From a bacterium (lineage in GTDB: Bacteria > Zhuqueibacterota > Zhuqueibacteria > Residuimicrobiales > Krinioviventaceae), in NCBI GenBank assembly GCA_963674595.2, contig CAXXFV010000006.1, positions 96,001-160,000 on the forward strand: a stretch of DNA of 64,000 bases, written 5' to 3'. The notes under the pieces were generated by a model. That model made no database searches and was not told where the DNA came from. It saw nothing but the letters and a program-made list of their open reading frames with translations. This document shows positions 61,822-64,000 of the stretch, piece by piece. The first letter of the stretch is position 1, and every line of letters begins with the position of its first letter. The position numbers and the translations under genes were made by a program.

Positions 61822-62700
61822 TTGTCTATGAAAATAGGAATTGTCGGAAATACTAACAAGCCTCCGGTTAAGAGTGTTATTAAAGAGTTTGTTAAATATT
61901 TGAAACAATCTCAGACCTCTGTTATTTATGACCGGGCTTTGGTTGAATTTTTGGATTTTGTAAAGCCTGATCAGACAATCGACATTAAACAATTAGGTTG
62001 TCATTGTGATATGGTCGTTACCTTTGGAGGCGATGGTACGATTTTATCAACAGCGCAGCATGTCGGAAAAGCAGATGTACCCATATTAGGCGTTAATATA
62101 GGAGGTTTAGGGTTTTTAGCTGAAGTATTGGTTGAAGAGCTTGAAGAAACTGTTGCGTTGCTGTTGCAGCAAAAATACTCGATTATTAATCGAATGGTTT
62201 TGCAAATTGAGTTGGAAAAGAAAGACAAACGTAATTTAACCTTTCACGCCTTTAATGACCTGGTTGTGGATAAAGGACCAAAACCAAGATTAATATATAT
62301 TAAAACATTTGTAAACAATACTTTTTTAAATACTTATAGAAGTGACGGCATTATTGTGGCTACGCCGACCGGTTCAACGGCCTATTCGTTATCTGCCGGC
62401 GGACCTCTGCTTATGCCTGATATGCAGGCTATTTTGGTCACACCGATATGCCCGCATTCGCTGACTGTCCGGCCGGTCATACTTTCGGAGGACAGTGAAA
62501 TTAAAGTGACTATTTTACCGGACCAGGATCCCGCACTGATTAATATTGACGGCCAGCGGACTGAAACGTTAGAGCCTGGAGAATCTGTTATCATTCGTAA
62601 AGCCGGCTATAAAATAAAATGGATATCAACGGGGAAACGTGACTTTTTTGAAATTTTGCGAACCAAATTACATTGGGGAGTAGGACAGCCAAATCAATAA
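61822..62700 (+). CDS. nadK: NAD+ kinase (start may be ATG 61828)
   Basis: 'GGDGTIL', 'GVNIGGLGFL', 'FND', 'DGIIVATPTGSTAYSLSAGGP' and 'PICPH'. Confidence 0.96.
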   Translation: MSMKIGIVGNTNKPPVKSVIKEFVKYLKQSQTSVIYDRALVEFLDFVKPDQTIDIKQLGCHCDMVVTFGGDGTILSTAQHVGKADVPILGVNIGGLGFLAEVLVEELEETVALLLQQKYSIINRMVLQIELEKKDKRNLTFHAFNDLVVDKGPKPRLIYIKTFVNNTFLNTYRSDGIIVATPTGSTAYSLSAGGPLLMPDMQAILVTPICPHSLTVRPVILSEDSEIKVTILPDQDPALINIDGQRTETLEPGESVIIRKAGYKIKWISTGKRDFFEILRTKLHWGVGQPNQ

Positions 62701-62736
62701 AGATTTTGCACAATTGTTAGGAGATAAGAGTTATTC

Positions 62737-64000
62737 GTGGCTGAAAAACAATCGACAACCCCTTTGATGGAACAATATCTATCTATTAAAAACAAACATA
62801 AAGATTCCATCCTTTTTTTTCGAATGGGTGATTTTTATGAAATGTTTTACGAAGATGCCAAGACCGGGTCCAAAGTGCTTGGTATAACATTAACTTCCCG
62901 TTCACATGGAAAATCGGCACATGTGCCGCTGGCAGGTTTTCCGCACCATGCTCTTGACGGATACCTGGCAAAAATGATCAAAGCGGGTTATCGCGTTGCA
63001 ATTTGCGAACAGATTGAAGACCCCAAGTTAACCAAAACAATTGTTAAACGTGAAGTTCAGGAAATTATAACTCCCGGAACAGCCGTTTCTGATGATTTAC
63101 TTGAAACAAAGAAAAATAATTACCTGGCCAGTTTGTTTTTTAATAAAAATATGTGCGGATTTTCCGTTATCGATGTTTCAACCGGAGAATATCAATTAAC
63201 CGAGATTGATATAAAATATGTTAAAGAAACTGTTTTAAATTTTAGTCCGGCTGAAGTTCTTGTCGGAGAAAATCAATATTCCCAGTTTTTGGATTTGTTT
63301 CCAACCCATGTGCCTTTTACCATCACAAAACGTGATGACTGGACCTTTAATTATGATTATGCCTACGAATCTTTGACCAAACATTTTTCTACTTTAACAT
63401 TAAAGGGATTCGGCGTAGAAGATTTTACCAATGGTATATCTGCTGCCGGGGCAATTCTGACCTATTTAAATGAAAACCAAAAACAAAAACTGGTCCACAT
63501 TAATCAACTTTCCCGGATGTCGGATTCGGATTATTTAATTATAGATTATACCACACGACGCAACCTGGAACTCATCCAGGCCATGAATACGGCCGGGCAC
63601 AAAGGGACGTTGTTATCAGTTTTGGATCAAACCCATACACCAATGGGCGCCAGGCTTTTGGTAAACTGGCTGCTTTCACCTTTAAAAGACCTTGAAAAAA
63701 TTAATAACCGGCTGGATAGTGTTGAAGAATTGTATAACAACGCAGACTTGCGCAAAGATTTAGAGGTTTTAAAAAAGGCCGGTGATTTGGAACGTTTGCT
63801 GGCAAAATTTGCCACCGGTCGGGCCAATGCCAGAGACGCCAAGGCGATTCAAAATACTTTGACGGTCATTGCAACGGTTAAGGAAACATTAACTAATGTT
63901 AAATCGAACCTGCTTGCTGAGTTGAATAGTCAGCTTGATGCCCTCACAAAGCTTAAAGACCGGATTGATTCCTGCATCGTTGACAATCCGCCTCTTTCCA
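62737..64000 (+). CDS. mutS: DNA mismatch repair protein MutS, 5' part (runs off the window end)
   Basis: GTG start; MAEKQSTTPLMEQY..FFRMGDFYEMFYEDA..ITLTSR, 'VAICEQIEDP', 'ITPGT', 'RRNLEL', 'TPMGARLL' and 'DLERL'. Not in the ORF track because there is no stop in the window. Confidence 0.96.
   Translation, partial: MAEKQSTTPLMEQYLSIKNKHKDSILFFRMGDFYEMFYEDAKTGSKVLGITLTSRSHGKSAHVPLAGFPHHALDGYLAKMIKAGYRVAICEQIEDPKLTKTIVKREVQEIITPGTAVSDDLLETKKNNYLASLFFNKNMCGFSVIDVSTGEYQLTEIDIKYVKETVLNFSPAEVLVGENQYSQFLDLFPTHVPFTITKRDDWTFNYDYAYESLTKHFSTLTLKGFGVEDFTNGISAAGAILTYLNENQKQKLVHINQLSRMSDSDYLIIDYTTRRNLELIQAMNTAGHKGTLLSVLDQTHTPMGARLLVNWLLSPLKDLEKINNRLDSVEELYNNADLRKDLEVLKKAGDLERLLAKFATGRANARDAKAIQNTLTVIATVKETLTNVKSNLLAELNSQLDALTKLKDRIDSCIVDNPPLS

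Noticed and set aside
23-63842. Numerous short ORFs in the track that overlap longer genes (e.g. 23..205, 1919..2365, 39768..40229, 53772..54371, 62786..62971, 63627..63842)
   Set aside because: They are shadow ORFs antisense to, or out of frame within, well-supported genes, with no recognisable motifs.

Overview
AT-rich bacterial chromosomal window. Several secreted proteins carry a C-terminal 'YPNPF' (T9SS-type/FlgD-like) sorting domain and there is a PorZ-like propeller, which suggests an FCB-related lineage such as KSB1 or Calditrichota (inference). The left half (1-32 kb) is an accessory region with every convincing gene on the minus strand: glycoside hydrolases (GH106-like, GH43, BNR/sialidase), orphan regulators, secreted proteins and AT-rich orphans. 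The right half is mostly housekeeping: an RND efflux operon, class II RNR (nrdJ), ribD-ribE-ribBA-ribH, recN, dnaE, sppA, HU, xseAB, dxs, nadK and a partial mutS. The most unusual signals are non-coding and lie in the accessory half. (1) A ~170-bp element (sigma70 promoter, covarying hairpin, RBS-like end) occurs three times, each in front of an unrelated gene. (2) A ~184-bp duplication of a gene's upstream region plus its first codons brackets a 4.1-kb three-gene block. (3) An integron-cassette-like gene has attC-like ends and related 17-bp sites nearby, with no integrase in the window. Together these suggest gene accretion by cassette capture and duplication of promoter or 5'-end sequence. 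Also noted: a promoter-hairpin-terminator unit before ribD with no FMN aptamer, three co-encoded secreted proteins sharing a short N-terminal module, and four interrupted reading frames, some probably assembly errors. No rRNA, tRNA, CRISPR array, transposase, integrase or reverse transcriptase was recognised.
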